A stretch of 63,903 nt of DNA, filler included, from Octopus bimaculoides (taxonomy: Eukaryota), in NCBI RefSeq assembly GCF_001194135.2. It is 6 parts of 6 records of this genome, joined end to end, with 100 filler letters (N's around TTAATTAATTAA, not from the genome) between each part and the next. Parts side by side here need not be neighbours in the genome. Positions count along the whole stretch, not along the records: positions 59,890 to 62,310 come from NW_026403354.1; positions 62,411 to 63,903 come from NC_068997.1; 4 more parts are not named here. The stretch is one strand, 5' to 3'. The translations under genes were made by a program, and so were the position numbers. The notes below the pieces were generated by a model that had not been told where the DNA came from, searched no databases, and saw only the letters and a list, made by a program, of their open reading frames with translations. Shown in pieces: positions 62,251 through 63,903 of the stretch. Numbering within the stretch: the first letter of the stretch is position 1; the number at the start of each line of letters is the position of its first letter.

Positions 62251-62410
62251 TACGTATATATGTTTGTATGCATGTATGTATGTCTATATATACAGATATA
62301 TTCATATATANNNNNNNNNNNNNNNNNNNNNNNNNNNNNNNNNNNNNNNNNNNNTTAATTAATTAANNNNNNNNNNNNNNNNNNNNNNNNNNNNNNNNNN
62401 NNNNNNNNNN

Positions 62411-62591
62411 TTGGAAATTATCCATGGGCCCCGGCCCGAAAGTTCTCCTGAACAGACTGCTTAGCTGATTATCCTCGACGCCTAGAGTTTCCCCGAGAAC
62501 GTCGTCGCACTTTTCTCCCACTAACCCTCTATAGAACGCTAGAGTGGAGCTACTACCGATCGCACTGCCCGCCTGACTGAGGGCGGTAGCA
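62411..62591. repeat. Unidentified GC-rich ~199-bp unit, copy 2
   Basis: 175/177 identical to 36649-36825; ends gagggcggtagca. Confidence 0.9.
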
Positions 62592-62665
62592 GTTGAGTAC
62601 TAGGGTCGATGTAATCGACTATCCCCCTCCCCTAAATTTCTGTCCTTGTGCCTACAATAGAAAGG

Positions 62666-62731
<66 letters not shown>

Positions 62732-62970
62732 ATCATTATTATTATTATTATTAAGGTGGTGTACTGGCAGAATCGTTAGCTAGCCAGGCTAAATGCTTAG
62801 CGGTATTTCGCCGGTCGCTACGTACTGAGTTCAAATTCCGCCGGTGTCGACTTTGCTTTTCATCCTTTCGGGTCGATAAATTAAGTACCAGTTGAATATA
62901 GGGGTCGATGTAATCGACTATCTCCTATCCCTAAAATTTCAGGCCTTGTGCCTATAATAGAAAGGATTAT
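62590..62970 (+). mobile_element. Two tandem SINE family A copies (3' half, then full length) with ATT/GTT tails
   Basis: ggccttgtgccta.aatagaaaggattatt tail occurs twice; head taaggtggtgtactggcagaatcgttagc at 62752. Confidence 0.92.
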
Positions 62971-63014
62971 AATGATGATTATTATTATTATTATCATTAT
63001 TATTATTATTATTA

Positions 63015-63086
<72 letters not shown>

Positions 63087-63537
63087 TTAACACTGTCGAG
63101 TCACCGAAGACTGAATTTTGGAATTCATTCTGTATCACATTCTCCGCAATAATTGTCAATTTACTTGACACCCTGTTTAACATAATTATCATAATTATAC
63201 ACGAGACTGACTTCTGACAATTAACCTCTCGCTAGCTCAACCTGATGTTAGGCCTTAATTATAACAGCTGTAGATGTATTTAACTGTTGTGTGAATCACC
63301 TCTTAATAAATTCCATTTCGTCGTTCTTAAAATATAATCTATTGAAGGCAGAAAATACTGTTCATACTTTCTTGAAATTCTGTTTTCAGTTATGCGAGTA
63401 TTTCGTGTTCTTACCTTCTTAAATATCTTGCTTTGAGCGTGCGTGTGTACACCAATGGATTTGCATGTATGTATGTATGTATGTATGTATGTATGTATTC
63501 ATGCATAAATACGTGTCTGTATGAATGCATATGTATG

Positions 63538-63903
63538 TTATCAATCAGTTTCATTTCTGTATTTCTTGTCCATAGAGAAAGAGCCGGACTCTAACATAGA
63601 TTCAAGGCTCCTTCATTGGAACTTTTATCAACATCATCTAGGTATTTGTGCATATGTGTGTGTGTGCAGTATTTGGTGTTAGTGTATGCGCAGATTTGTA
63701 TGTTTGTTTTATGGATGCGTTTTAGATGCATGCATATGTATTTATGTGCTAAATTTTTGGAAAGTTTTACATATCTTTACAGTTCCATTGATGGATTGAA
63801 TCTGTAGTCTTCTAATCAGCCTTTTTCTTTTAGGTTTTGAGAACCCTAATTTTTCCAGGTTTTTGTTGAGGCAGTTCGTTACATATCCCAATGCCCCAAC
63901 AAT
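63538..63903 (-). mobile_element. RLE-type non-LTR retrotransposon 3' end (runs off window)
   Basis: IVGALGYVTNCLNKNLEKLGFSKPKRKRLIRRLQIQSINGTVKICKTFQKFST*, then the UTR agagaaagagccgg block. Confidence 0.88.

Overview
This is eukaryotic, AT-rich, short-read draft sequence, roughly one sixth N, and saturated with microsatellites. The SINE and LINE families look like those of an octopus (coleoid cephalopod). That assignment rests on recalled consensus sequences; no database search was run. No complete host gene, true tRNA/rRNA gene or CRISPR array is supported, and nearly all ORFs in the supplied track are microsatellite or N-run artefacts. Supported content: about 30 tRNA-derived SINE copies from at least five families; decayed R4/Dong-like RLE LINEs, one with a 352-codon RT ORF at 37512-38570; an RTE-like 3' end with three C2H2 fingers; L2/CR1-like and L1/Tx1-like fragments; Tc1, maT and mariner fragments; a hAT MITE nested in a SINE A-box; and Penelope-like remnants with partial hammerhead motifs. 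Five artificial 100-bp joins (N44-TTAATTAATTAA-N44) split the window into six blocks whose adjacency is not sequence-proven. The most unusual unexplained signal is a GC-rich element with a circularly permuted ~199-bp unit, found twice, each time at the start of a contig just after such a join. It may be a satellite, a small circular/retrozyme-like unit, or a library artefact. Two candidate host exons (minus strand, 45489-45635 and 16839-17088) are low confidence.
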